A stretch of DNA of 64,000 bases from Octopus vulgaris (lineage: Eukaryota), in contig OX597816.1 in assembly GCA_951406725.2 (NCBI GenBank), positions 132,060,001 through 132,124,000 on the forward strand, read 5' to 3'. The position numbers and the translations under genes were made by a program. The notes beneath the pieces are model-generated. The model saw only the letters and a list, made by a program, of their open reading frames with translations, was not told the DNA's origin and made no database searches. Shown one piece after another: positions 25,490-41,879 of the stretch (position 1 is its first letter; each line of letters opens with the position of its first letter).

Positions 25490-27780
25490 AAATGTGTTCC
25501 TGCAAACGCATTGCACTCGCAAAAAGGTCAGTCCGAAGCTTCGTCAGGCGGAAAAACAAGAATTTAAATTTACTCAGACTACTACAGTGTAAACAGACTG
25601 CGAGTCTAGTAGTTTTTTCTTCTTCTGGGAAATGCATTCCAGATGTATTTTGAGAAATGATTGTATTATATTAATCATGTAGCTGTAGGTAAAGCTATTT
25701 ATCAAGTCACTCTAACAAGTCTTAATAAAATTTGAGGATTTGAATTTTACGAGTGTTCGTGGCGAGTTTAGAAAGACATTATGTTAATACATGTGCGTCA
25801 AGTTTTTCGTTTTCTTTTGTTTAAGTTATACATTATGTAAAGTTAATGCATTACTGAACCATAAATATTTTGCCTGAAGATCTATCTATCTGTCTGTCTA
25901 TCTACCAATGTGTGTGTGTAATCATACACTGTGAAATACCCGTGTCTATGTGTGAGTTATATGAACAATTCGTTTAGAAAGACATCTGAAAGTTGATAGT
26001 AAACGAAGTAACTGTAAACCCCCTCGAGTTTTAAGCCTCCCCTTCACACTTGAGGGTGGGGGCATAAAACTTTTCTTTCAAAATATTTGCATCCGCTCAA
26101 CAAAGAAAAAATACACAAACTAAGTAATAATTACATAGAATTAAGAGAAAGAAAAGAGGATGTACAAGTCTGTTGATTTAGAGGTCACGACCTGGTCAGT
26201 TAAGTATAAAAAGATCCTTAGTACTTCGCTATATAGGCCAATGTGGTATGTCTAGCTATGCTTATCGCAGAGTGGTGATTTAAGGAAGCTGTGCTTTATA
26301 CATCTTCCCGCTTCTCCTGACCATTCTCCTCTCATCCTAAAGCAGAAGTCGAAAAGAAATTACTTTCGGGATTACATTTACTGACTTTTGTTTCCTCTTA
26401 AACAACTGCGATTGTACCAGCGGGAAATTACTGTTTGATTAAAGTTGTGTGATAAAGGCGGGTACGTAAGTTATGTGGTGACGGCCGAAATATATTAGAA
26501 GGCGAGAGAGAGAGAGAGAAGGGGCTTCTATACACCACCTTTCCGAATAAATCCGGAGACATGTACCTCCATGTAAGAAGGTGAATATTGATAGAGATAG
26601 AGAGGAAAGAGAGAAAGCAAAAGTGTCGCGTGTTTGAAGGAGTTGGAAAGGAGAAAGGGTAAAAATAGAGGAAGTGTGTCAAAGTGAGAGTAACTATTAG
26701 ACAGATTACAGACAGAAATAAACATAGACAAGGAGGTTTCATTGAAAAACAATAGAAAAATTATTTGTAATTTTGCGTTTGTGTTCTTACGGCAACGAAC
26801 GTACGTGTGTCAATAGTAAAACTGAGAAAAAAAGCCTAATTATGAAGTGAAGAAAGTGAAAGAGAAGTTCATAAATAGATACATAAACAGAAGAGAGAAA
26901 AAGCCCGTTTCAATAAGAAATGGGTTTGAAAGATAGTTCACACAGGAGGGAAAAGGAGAGAATGGGTGTGAGTACAAGTGATAAAAAAAAATCATTTACA
27001 TCGGGAGAGAGAGACAAGATGATAATGAAAGAAAGACAGCCAGAGGGAGAGAGAGATTAAAAGTGTGTTTGAGAAACAGAAAAGACTATGACGGTGTGTA
27101 AAAAAAAAACAAACTGTGTGAGTGTTGATTGAATAAAAGAGTGCGAAGTGTATGGGAGAATGAAAATGAACGAGAGAAAAAGGAACAAAATGAGTGTTAA
27201 ATGAACATCAGATAGAAATAGAGGGAGGGAAAAGAAAACTAGAGAGATAGAGCGAGAAATAAAGAGGAAGAAAGATAGGAAGAGAGGGAAAAGTTAGTAT
27301 TTGCGTGTGTGTGTGTGTGTGTGCGCGCGCGCGCGCGAGTAAGTGAGTGCGTGCGCGCGCGAGTGAGTGATAAGAGATATGGGAGGGGGTAGCGAGGAAA
27401 ACTCATCAGTGCTGTCTGTAATACAAAACTTGCCAAGTATTAAAGGCCTTTCCAGCTCAGGTCGATAGTGCTTTGCCACTGTTATTGTTGCTAGTTATTA
27501 TCAACAGCAGTAGTGGTAGACCGTGGCGACGGCGACGGCAGTTAGTTATTAGTGGTAATAGTAGTAGTGGTAGCAAGCAAAGAGTCGGTGGTAGTAATGT
27601 GACGGCGGGTCTGTCTGTATCAGTAGCAATGCTGTCTAAGTTAAGATAGAGAGAGAGAGATGAAAGAGACCAACCAGTCAGTTTAGTTAGTAACACCTGA
27701 CTAGGAAAAATTGTCTGCTGGATTATTTTACATATGGCAGACTGATGATATATCCATGTCTGGAAACCCCGACTTTCAGG
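25490..27780. promoter_or_regulatory. Putative promoter / 5' region at the left edge of a CpG-retaining domain
   Basis: Abrupt appearance of CpG, no recognisable SINEs, long purine-rich tract at 26500-27290, (GT)n(GC)n block at 27303-27361. Confidence 0.5.
27362..27779 (+). other. Candidate first exon of a plus-strand gene (5' UTR, ending in a short ATG frame MSGNPDFQ at 27756-27779)
   Basis: CpG-containing UTR-like sequence ending at CAG|GTAGGA; start position not definable. Confidence 0.35.
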
Positions 27781-28029
27781 TAGGAGCAATTCATTCAGAA
27801 CGGAGATAAACCACACCTTATAAACAACTTCGATTTTCTTTTTATCCCTTAAAAGCAAATTTAAACGTTATGGGTTTAGTTTTGTTGTTGATGTTCATTG
27901 TATGTGTGTATTCAGTAACTTTCTTTACTTTCTACTATTTAAAACAAATCGATCTCTTAAAAAGAAATGTACTTAATAATTTATCAACGATTACCACTGC
28001 TTTGATAACTTTATAAACCATTTTAAACG

Positions 28030-31309
<3,280 letters not shown>

Positions 31310-31322
31310 GGTAGATAATCTC

Positions 31323-31485
31323 AAGGGCGTAGCCAGAATTTCGACGAAGGGGTTCTCAATTTATTAAAATGGACCCACCAGTAGTCGTCTAATTTGCGAA
31401 AAGAAAAAAAATTAAATTAAATGTTAGATATTTGTATGGGAGATACAGCATTTTCCGTCCGAACCTAACAACCTCTCCCATGGCT
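31323..31485 (+). mobile_element. Possible PIF/Harbinger-type MITE remnant
   Basis: Starts agggcgtagccag and ends ...ctcccatggct, a truncated inverted terminus. Confidence 0.35.
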
Positions 31486-32873
31486 CTTGTGTGTGTGTGT
31501 GTGTGTGTGTATGTACACACGCATGCATACATACATACATTATATATGGTTAACCATATATATATATATATAAGCATGTTGTTATTTACGTATAAGATTT
31601 ATAAAGTAATATTCTCAACGGAAAATAATTACTTTTTCTTGATATGTGTGTTTAGCGACTGATCGGAGTTGAATGCCACATGAATGTTGTTGTGCTGGAT
31701 GGATATAGACCTAAGCTAAATAAACTAGCTACAGGTTAGGGTCTGACAATCTGCAGGGGCTTGAAATAATTAGAAGGCATATGTTTTCAATTTTTCTGAG
31801 TTTCTGGTGTAATTTTCTTTTTAACAAGGAGTCCCCTAGCGTCATATAGCTGTCTCATCCGGCAATGTACCCAAGCCGATCATGCTCTTTCTTAACCTTT
31901 CATATCAAATCAGCGAAGGGTGCGTCTACGTTGTAGCTCGACCTGCTAAGTACAATAACCGAATTTCCTTTAAATCAAATCTCACTGGAGCAAGGGGAAG
32001 GGCCTACTTTCGGAATAGGTGTGATTCCCTCATAAGGAACGACAAGAATATAAAAAATTGTTAGAAAAAAATTCGTTCAGAATTGTAGTGATATATTATT
32101 GAAACACCACGCTAGTCGGATGGAAATACAGAAAGAGATAAAAGAAAAGACCTCCCAATTACGTGTCCTGTAAGTCCTCAATGAGGAAGTGATAGCTATT
32201 CCAAAAATCCACCCCAGTTGCTAAAAAGACTTAATGGTCATCGCAAAATCAATAGCAAAAACTAATTTGGTTAGGTTAAAACCCTCAGATCCGTTCTTAG
32301 TTCTCTGCATAAAATTCCTACACCTCACTGATCTTGGCTTTGCTGACACATTTTTGTAGGACTACTCCTTAATTTCTGTTCACGTTTTAATTGGGGGTAA
32401 TTACCTAATTTGTCTTAAGTGGTATGTCTCCCCTGTCAACGAAAACTCTTCGAACTGTTTCATAAATTCAAAGTAAATTTTATTGTTATTCGTGAGATTG
32501 TTTTCTGAGATCGAATTCTCGTTTTATTGACTAATAATACCAACTGATACAGGTTTAGTCTTAAGTTTTGTTCTTAACATTTATATTTCCATAAATAAAC
32601 ACACACACACGCATGTAATGTGTGTGCTGTGTATATCGCGGATTTGCGTGTCGTAGAAAACAGACGAGGATTTGGCAATTTCTTGCTGATTTCTAGCTGA
32701 ACAACAACACGTGCAGATGATTTGTTTCTTGTGATCAAATGTTAGTACTGATGCATAGTGTGCCACTCGTCATGTCGAAAATGATCGCAGACGAAGTGTA
32801 CTGCACAAAACATCGCTCGGTCCGGGAATTGAAATCATGTTCACGCGTTCGAGAGTCCAATATCTATCTATCT

Positions 32874-32918
<45 letters not shown>

Positions 32919-33066
32919 AATGTATATATGTAAATGTATATGCGTATGTATATATGTAAATATATATATATATATATGTAAATGTATATATGTAAATATA
33001 TATGTGTGTGTATATATATTTATATGTATGTATATATGTGTATATATATATATATATATGTGTGTG

Positions 33067-33104
<38 letters not shown>

Positions 33105-33196
33105 TATATATGTATATATATATGTATTCACACACACATATATTTATGTATACACACACATATATATATCGAAATTCAAGGCATAGAGCAGGTAAA

Positions 33197-33290
33197 ATCC
33201 AGGCTACATAAGTTTCCGAGCTAGCAGAACCTCGGAAGTCGTACTTACTCAACGCTGGATACCCCACTAGCTACTCATCAGGCCGAAGAT
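33197..33290 (-). ncRNA. Type I hammerhead-ribozyme-like motif with a long stem II insert
   Basis: AUCUUCGGC-CUGAUGA-GUAGCUAG..CUAGCUCG-GAAAC-UUAU-GUA-GCCUGGAU; stems I and III pair, base of stem II has two mismatches. Confidence 0.5.
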
Positions 33291-33626
33291 AGCTTTAAAT
33301 CTCTTTAACCTTGCTAAAGTAACATTTGAAGTGATTTATGGGGGAAAATGTATAACCTTCTACGCCAATAAACCACTATTGTTCCTGAAAGTTGTTTTTT
33401 TTTTATACCTTCTACTGACTGCTTGAAGCTTACTAACTTCCTACACATGGATCCGTGGATATTGCCTTTACGTATCTTTTTTTATGTGTGTATGTATGTA
33501 TGTATGTGTGTGTGTGTGTGAAAGAGATATGAAGACATGCTAGCATGGTCGTGTGTGTGCATGTAAAATAAAATTTAATAAATGTATATGAATTTCCGTC
33601 AGTTTCGACGATGAGTAAATCCAACA

Positions 33627-33777
33627 GTCAAAAACAGCTCGCACTATGCGCCAGGACTCTCACTTGCTATGTCACGTAGCCCAGAAACGAACAAAAAAGA
33701 TTTCCAACTTAGCAATGAGGCAGGAGTTATTTCAGAATTTCCCTCTGTTAGAGAGATGTCTAAACAAAGACTAGGGA
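33627..33777 (+). repeat. Left arm of a diverged ~150-bp inverted repeat (partner 35077-35226)
   Basis: Shared blocks ccaacttagcaatgag and atgtctaaacaaagacta in opposite orientation. Confidence 0.85.
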
Positions 33778-35076
33778 AGGTGTAAGCACCACAGGAATGA
33801 AAAATGGTTTCTGGCACAAAATAAACCACTTTAAACTTGCTTAAGTAATATTCAAAGTGGTTTTATATGATCGGAAATACGATTTCGAAGTGTCCATGGA
33901 GCCAAAGTGAGGATCTAATCAAAGACATTGCAGTTAAACATAAGGGAAAGACTTCCTCCCGTCACCCCCAATTTCTCCCAATTTAAAAAAATTTTTTTGA
34001 CAAAAACCCCTTTCTATTTTCTTAGACATTATATTGTGTAGTTTTTTTAACAAGGCGGGTTAAAGTCTCACTAGGTTTTACTATGGAATCTTGCATACCG
34101 TTATATATGTTGTGTGTTTACTCATGGAAATATAGAAGAAACGAACTTTAAAAATAACGAGACTTTATTTGTTCTTTAAATAGTACAGTAGACCAAATAA
34201 AGCATCATGAATTCTGGTGGTTGTATAGTTCATCCACTGTTTGGATAATTCAGCTCAGGTTGTCGTTGGTTACTTGTGCTCCGTCATACTAATTTTGTTC
34301 TGGTGAATAATGGCAGGAAAAATAACATGACTTGCCTACATGAAACTTTCTCACTTGTCAAAGATGATTTGTTATGCCTATTTATAGGAGGGTAGGTTCC
34401 AGCGCATATTCAGATAAGCGCAACATGATTGGATCTTCAATCCATATCCCACGCAATACTCAACCAATGTTCAAAACTTTTTTTATCTTCATTGACTTTG
34501 CATATTTCCATGACAACAAACAGTTCTGACCTGTTGGCAATCAATGTCTTCAATTGGCTAAAATTGCATAACTTTAAATTCCTTCTTTATTATTAATTTC
34601 TAGAACAAAAAAGAATGCAATTTTCTTCTTCAGTATGCGAAACTACATCAGAACTATATTTTTAAAAAATAATTTGGTGAAAATTCAAAAATCGTCTAGT
34701 GGTTGGAAAACATTTAACAAAATCCCAAAAGACCCATCGACTGATTCAATTTGTGTAATTTCTGACAGAATCAATGAGATGTAGTATATCAAGGCTTGCC
34801 GCTGGAATTACTGGTAAATCCCAGCTGATGGGCTTGCGCAATTTTCATTTACACAATTTCACTGACAAGGTTTGTGTCAACTTGAGGTTATTGTAAAAAA
34901 AATACTTTACCAATTGTTAAGCAGTAGGTTCAGATCTGGAACCTAATCATCATGAACTAAACCTCTTAATCACTCAACTGTGATTATAACAAATAAATTT
35001 TGTGTGTGTGTATTTGTGAATTTATATGTATGTATATGTGAATTTATATGTATGTGTATGTGTGAAGTGAGAGATC

Positions 35077-35226
35077 CTTAGTCTTTGTTTAGACATTTCT
35101 CCGGGAGAGGAAATTTCTAAAGTAACACCTTTCTCATTGCTAAGTTGGAGATCTTTCTTGTTTGTTTTTGGACTAATTAACTTTTCAGGTGAGGGTCTTA
35201 GCATTGTTGTGCAAGCTGTTACTGAC
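35077..35226 (-). repeat. Right arm of the inverted repeat (partner 33627-33777)
   Basis: Reverse complement aligns colinearly with 33627-33777. Confidence 0.85.
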
Positions 35227-35239
35227 ATGAAGTGGGAAG

Positions 35240-35540
35240 TGTATGGCTAAGTGGTTAGGGTATTTAGTTCACAATCTCATGCCTGATGGTGTGTTTTTGT
35301 CATTGAGCAAGGCACTTTAATTCACATTGTTCCAGTCTTCTCAACTGGTAAAAATGAGTAGTACTTGTATTTCAAAGGTTCAGCCTTGTCATGCTCTGTG
35401 TCACTCGGAATCTCCCTGAGAATGACATTAATGGTAGGCATATCTGTGGAGAGCCCAGCCAGCCACTTACATGTTAATTTCAGGTTGTTCCATTAATCTA
35501 ATAAACCGGAATGCTTGTCATCTTAACTGCTGGTGTGCCA
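35240..35540 (+). mobile_element. tRNA-derived SINE, family 4 (related copies at 61405-61730(-) and 37655-37890(-))
   Basis: A-box-like tggctaagtggttagg, gagcaaggcactt..ccagtc..tcaactgg; body is the reverse complement of 61405-61730. Confidence 0.75.
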
Positions 35541-36989
35541 GTTTTTTTATTGACTTGAAATTTTAGCACAAGCATTGCTGACAGCCACCATATGTATAAA
35601 TGTGTGTGTGTGTTTGTGTGGATGATTTCATGAATATAGGAATTATATGTGATCTGCTTTAAGATTCATGCTCAGATAGTGCAGTTAACAGTTGGGTTTA
35701 TCATGCATGATGAAGCAATTGTTGTTCAGGCTCAGAGGATTGCCAGATTGTGCATTGTATTCAATATAAAAAGTTGTCCAATTGTCTGAGCATGAAACTT
35801 TAAGTTATATATATTAAATGTTTATATTTCAATGGATTGAGTACTTTTTTTGGTGATGCTATCAACAAGTGAACTCTGCACACTCTGAGTGTCTGCTAAT
35901 ACTTTGCATGTACCATGTCCTTGCATTGTTGGTTTTTTCTTGTGTTTGTTCTTTGTTTTCTTTTTGATTTACTACACACACACACACATATACACACGTA
36001 TATATGAACACTTGAACAATTGTAAATAATCTAATACATAAAACCATTGGTAGCCTTGTTAACCCACAAATAAAGAATATTTATCCACCAATGTGGTATT
36101 GAGCACTCATTCTCACTGTTTGATAATAGTGTATGTATATGTGTGTGTGTGTGCATATACATATATATATATATGCGCATATATACTTGTTTGTGTGAAT
36201 ACACACACAAACATGTATGTGTGTGTATAGATAGACTGACAAACAGATAGATAAAGATATATTACAGGTTTCCCCCACATTATGGTTACCTCACATTTAA
36301 AGCATTTTATGCTTACAGGAAATGTAAAGTATGTCCAAACAATATACAGTCCATAATTATGGAAACTGATTAATTTTAAGAATCTAAAAGCTACACTTTC
36401 TTTTTAGCCATAAGGCCACATTTTTGGTACTTTTAGCTAAGATCAGAGCGGTTCTTCATCATCATCATCATCATCATTTAACGTCCATGTTCCATGCTCA
36501 TAATACACACATGCATAGATAGATTAGCATGTGTGTTTGCATGTATGCATCAATGTAAACAAGTGTGAGGTGGAATATTTCATGTGTTCATGTATGCATC
36601 AATGTAAACAATTGTGAGGTGGAATATTTCAATGTGAATCTTCATGTATGTGTGTTTTTCTATATTCTTTTATGTCGGGATGAGTGTCTGTTGTTCTATC
36701 CATACACATCCATATACTTACACACATATATACATATCTTTATCTTTTTTTTTTACTTGTTTCAATCATTTGATTGCAGCCTGCTGGGGCACCACCTTGA
36801 ATCTAACAAAAAATTAATGAGAGTGGCACAAACAAATTGTTTCATTACACAGATTTACAATAGTTTCTCTGTCACACAAACTCTAGAGTGTTGCTTCATT
36901 ATTATGTAATATATGCAGCTATATACTCGTATATACACATGTAGATGTGTGTGTGTCTATATATACATGTAGACTATGTCTGTGTGTAT

Positions 36990-37025
<36 letters not shown>

Positions 37026-37170
37026 GCATACACACACAGAGGTAGGTACGTAAGTACAAAATAAAGTGGAAAGAAATCATACTCGAATACCAAATATCTA
37101 CGGTTACAGTTTTGAAAGTTAACCAATTAGATTAAAGGTTTATTCATTATACAACAAACAAAATTATACT

Positions 37171-37492
37171 ATATTGTATTTTGGAATGGTCATTTTTTTT
37201 GTTTATGCTTTTGTTAAATAAACACAGGCACTATACATTCGTTCTTCGCTTGTTTATTACTGTTCTTATTTTAACTCATGTTCATTGTCCAGAAATATTT
37301 TGTCACACATCTGTGACTGAAAAGTGTTGCTAAAGAGGTCACAGGTGTGAGACAAAAGATTTCCAGACAATGAACATGAGTTAAAATAAGAACAGTAATA
37401 AATGAACGAAGAACAAATATATAATGTGTGTGTTTATTTGGCAAAAAAAAAAAAATAATAATAATAATAATGACCATCCCAAAATACAATAT
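37171..37492. mobile_element. Foldback element / long palindromic MITE (~320 bp)
   Basis: Arms atattgtattttggaatggtcatt / aatgaccatcccaaaatacaatat; perfect core tttattactgttcttattttaactcatgttcattgtc versus its complement at ~37367-37403. Confidence 0.9.
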
Positions 37493-37892
37493 TTGTTTCA
37501 ACACAGTTTCACATAAGGAATCTTGCAACACAAATTCATAAAATTATACTACTTGCACAATTATAATCTAAACTTCAGGAATATGAAACTGAGTAACTGT
37601 TCTGTAAATAGTTTGCAGTTTATAATAAAGTATATATATATAATAAAATAAATGTGCCCTTTTAAAGCCTAGCCAGGTTCATGGGCCTGGTTTCCCGGTT
37701 TCAATGGCATATGTGTTCCCTAGCTGGATGGGATGTCAGTCCATCGCAGCGTTACTCATTTTTGCCAGCTGAGTGGACTGGAGCAACGTGAAATGAAGTG
37801 CTTTGCTCAAGAACACGTGTCACCCAGTCTAGGAATCGAAACCACAATCTTACGATCATGATGCTGACACCCTAACTACTAAGCCACGTGCT

Positions 37893-37932
<40 letters not shown>

Positions 37933-37939
37933 TCATCCA

Positions 37940-38300
37940 TCAATCTATCCCTGTGTGGGAGGATCCTCAAGCACCTTCTCCATTGGGTCCTCTCCCAAAC
38001 ACGACCTACTCAGACTGTGGCTATTATCCAACTGTGGTCTATCCCTAGGTCTCCTGCCAGTTGGCTTTGCTTGAAGAATCTGTCTTATGATTCATTCTGG
38101 TGACATTCTAATATGTTTGAAGTATCAGACTTGTAACCTTTCAATGCAAAGAACTGGCACCTCAACCTTGAGAGATTCCCTTACCTCCAAGCTACACATC
38201 GTCTCAAGTAGTGTTACTCCAGAGATTCTTCGCAGGAACTCTGTTTCAGTCACTTGTGTTCTTTCAGTCATTACCCAGTATTCATTGCTATAGGTGAAGA
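37940..38300 (-). mobile_element. RTE-clade LINE 3' fragment
   Basis: TYSNEYWVMT..ETEFLRRISGVT..IERLQV*YFKHIRM..PTGRRPRDRP. Confidence 0.8.
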
Positions 38301-38903
38301 TAAGGAGGAAAACTGGATTGATGATGATGATGCATGTGTGTATATATATGTATGTTTATATATATGTGTATGTATACATATAATATATATGTATATGTGT
38401 GTATGTATACATATAATATGTATATATATTTATATGTATATATATGTGTGTGTGTATGCATATATGTATATATCTATATGTGTATATTTATGTGTATATA
38501 TCTATATACATGTATGTATATGAGTGTGTGTTGGTCTTGATATTATGATGGTTGTAAATTAGTGTCAATGTCATACCAAAGAGGCCACCTGCCCTGTCAT
38601 TGTGTCTTCCATTACAGTGCTTACTCGAGCCTGTTAACCAATCCCAAATCATGCCAAATTCCTCAGTTTGTCTGTGTCTCTAGTTAAGAGAGTTGTATTA
38701 CTGCTCAAATATTGTTGATGTGTGTTTTCATGCCTTGCTCAGTCACTTTGATCCCCTGTGTTCAACTGGTATTACTTTATCAACCTTGAAAGGATGAAAA
38801 GTCAAAGTCAACCTTGGTTGAATTTGGTCTCGGAATGTAAAGACATATGATATGCCGCTAAGCATTTTGCCTGGTGTACTAACAATTCTGCCAGGTCTCC
38901 ACC

Positions 38904-39131
38904 TTAACCCTTTAGCATTCACATTACTCTGTCAAATGTAATGCTTATTTATTCACATTGATTTGAGTTAATGATGCATTATCTTGTAGCATCAAAATTT
39001 TGATGATGTGAATGTTTATTTTTAGAATGATATTGTAGGGCAGGTGTGAGAGGCTAGATCTGGCCAGTTTGAATATAAAGCAGGTAGAATATTTTGGCTG
39101 GATATGGCCAGTTTAAATGCTAAAGGGTTAA
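38904..39131 (+). mobile_element. piggyBac-type MITE, best copy (others at 10356-10584, 49804-49987, 55697-55899, 61106-61331)
   Basis: TTAA-ccctttagcatt ... aatgctaaaggg-TTAA. Confidence 0.88.
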
Positions 39132-40955
39132 TGAAGATATAAATATTAATATGAGAAAAAAAAAACGATGACTGTAAACAGGCAGAATTGTTATAGTGTC
39201 AGACAAAATGCCTTGCAAGTATTTGTTTCAGCTCTTTGCATTCTGTGTTCAATTCTCACTGAGTTCAACTTCATCTTTCATCCTTACAAATGACAATAAA
39301 ATTAAGTACCTGTCCAAATTTTGACTTTGATAGTGTTAACTACCTCCTCTCTCTCTTTCCTCAAAATTGCCAGCCCTCTGTGTCCAAATCTAAAACCATT
39401 AATAACAATTAGAAAGAATACTAATGCAATAGCTTCTATGTCTTGACAAACATTTACACACACACACACACACACACATTGTACATCTACCTTCAGTTGG
39501 ATATATTTCAATGATATTATGTTTATAGTTTAGTTGATTAAATATCATTGACCATGTACCTATCTTTTCTGGAGTCCAGTATGTTATCTATAAAACCATT
39601 TTGTGATATTCAAAAGCCTGATTGTACTACTCATTTCTTCAAAAAGTTACTGAAATTTCCTGCACTATTTCCCTCCTCCCTATAATTTTACCAGCAAAAT
39701 GGTGACTTAATTGAAAAGACAGTTTTCAACCAGCCCTTATTGTAGGTTACTATTATTATTATTATTATTATTATTATTCTTTAGTCCCAATCATCTCTTG
39801 TCAAGCAGCAGGTCTGCGATCAAAGGTATTTTGGTCCTGAACAACTAGTCTTTCTGTTTTTGGACATGTGTATCTGATATTACTACATTTAATGCGTTCA
39901 TTCGTTTTCCCTTTTTCAAGAAGTTTGGCGAAAGGAAGAGTTTGCTGACTATTTCTAACAAGTTGAGTGACCACAAGGGAGGTTACCTCATTGATTAATT
40001 ACAAATTAATTATCAAAGTAGCTAACTATTGGAAAAAGAAAATCAATCAATCAATCAATTGTATCAGTTCAACCTGAATAGATTTGCCATTTCTTTTTCT
40101 TTAAAGAGAATTTTTTATTTTGTAACTGAAAGGGAGCAACTGGTTTAGGATAAAAGTACACTTAATATTTATAGAAAGGAAAAAAAATCAAAGCTTAGAT
40201 AAAAATATTTAAATGTGTCATAAACAAACTAGTTGTTAGATAGTGTTTTCATTTGTTTTAAAAATCAATATTTATGTAATGATTCACCGTATTTGTGGAT
40301 AGGCAAACTGAAGTTCAGAATCTTTTTCAATTCACTTTTGAGGTTAATTCACTTTACTTCATCACCATCATCATTATCATCATCCTCGTTTTAACAGTCA
40401 CTCTTCCATGCTAGAAATAGTAACCAAATCTCCCTCAAATCACACATTGATGACTTTTCTCTATTGTTCTCAACTCTGGCCTGTCTTTTCTGATTTTCTC
40501 CTGTTTGTGTGTGTCTTTGTATTTGTTCCCCCTCCCCTACCACTACTTGGCGACTGATGTTGATTTGTTTACACTCCCATAACTTAATAGTTTGGCAACA
40601 AGAGACCGATGGAATAAGTGCCAGGCTTAAGAAGTAAATACTGGGGTTGATTTGTCCCTTCATGGTGTTGATGCCTCAAAATGGTTGCAGGCCAAAGAAT
40701 GAAATAAATAAAAGGACAGCTCAGATCTCAAAATGCAAAGACTATGGTAAGCTTAGACACAATACATCTGACTAAAATAAGCTGGAGTGGTCCTGTCTGA
40801 AATGACTTTGATCTTAGGTCTGCACAATCAGAGCTTATCTGAGGATAAACCGTCTCAGTAACAGCAACCTTGGCATATAAGAAAGAACCTGTAAATTTTG
40901 GGTTTCATGTTTTTTTGTAAAATATATCTGAAAATATCTTTTCTTTTTGTTACAG

Positions 40956-41089
40956 TTCATTGTCTTGTTGGATTGATGACATTTTTGGATGTATCTATAT
41001 CTTACATGGGACCAGAACGTTGGAAAGCTTGTCATATAAAGGACTACCATACAATTAGTATATTATAAAGAATAGAACTCAACAACCAG
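40956..41089 (+). other. Candidate non-coding (5' UTR or lncRNA) exon, 134 nt
   Basis: Strong acceptor ttttctttttgttacAG and consensus donor CAG|GTAAGT; stops in all three frames. Confidence 0.4.
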
Positions 41090-41587
41090 GTAAGTATCCA
41101 AACACTGATTGCTTAAGAACAGTTTATTATTCAACTTAAATTTTACCAATTTGTCTCTTTTGGCAGAATTGTTCGAGCATAATTTTGTGATATTTAGTTG
41201 CTACCCTTATGTCCTGACAAAGCTAATTTAGCATATCATCCTTCTGGGGCCAATAAAATGAAGTAACTTTCAGATGGTGTTGATTTAATCAATTATACTC
41301 TTTTCAGTCTATCTACTGCTCTAACAACTTTGCCAATTGACAATCTGTCTGTCTGTCTGTCTATCTATACATACATATATACACACGTGTGTATACACAT
41401 ACATATGTATGTGTGTGAATATTTCCACGTATGAATGTTTGTGTAGATGTCTGTATATATATAGATATGTTACTTGTCCTGTTTTCCATTTGTTTCTCTC
41501 ACTTGCATATTGAACTCATTTATTTTTGTATTTCATGTTGTTTACTGTTGGTGACGTTCTGTACCCATATATGTATGTGTATATATG

Positions 41588-41628
<41 letters not shown>

Positions 41629-41879
41629 AATTGGACATGGGCGATTGTTGTATTCTTTCTTGTCTTGAGGTTCACAGCCAAATGGCTGGCTGGATTTGCA
41701 TGGAAAATGGCATACATGTGGAGACGGGGTGCATAGATTGGAATGTGGTTTATATTTTTTTCCTAGCCCCCATAGTTACCGAGATCCCATTTGTTCCGCC
41801 ATTAAAACAACCAGTTGCTCATACAACAAGGGGAGTACAGGATGACAGTCAGCCAAAACTTATCAAATCTAAGCATGTG

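Noticed and set aside
32150-32300. Minus-strand FAMTIKS resembling the PIF1/Helitron helicase motif FAMTINKSQG
   Set aside because: Only a short match followed by stops; not enough to call without a profile search.
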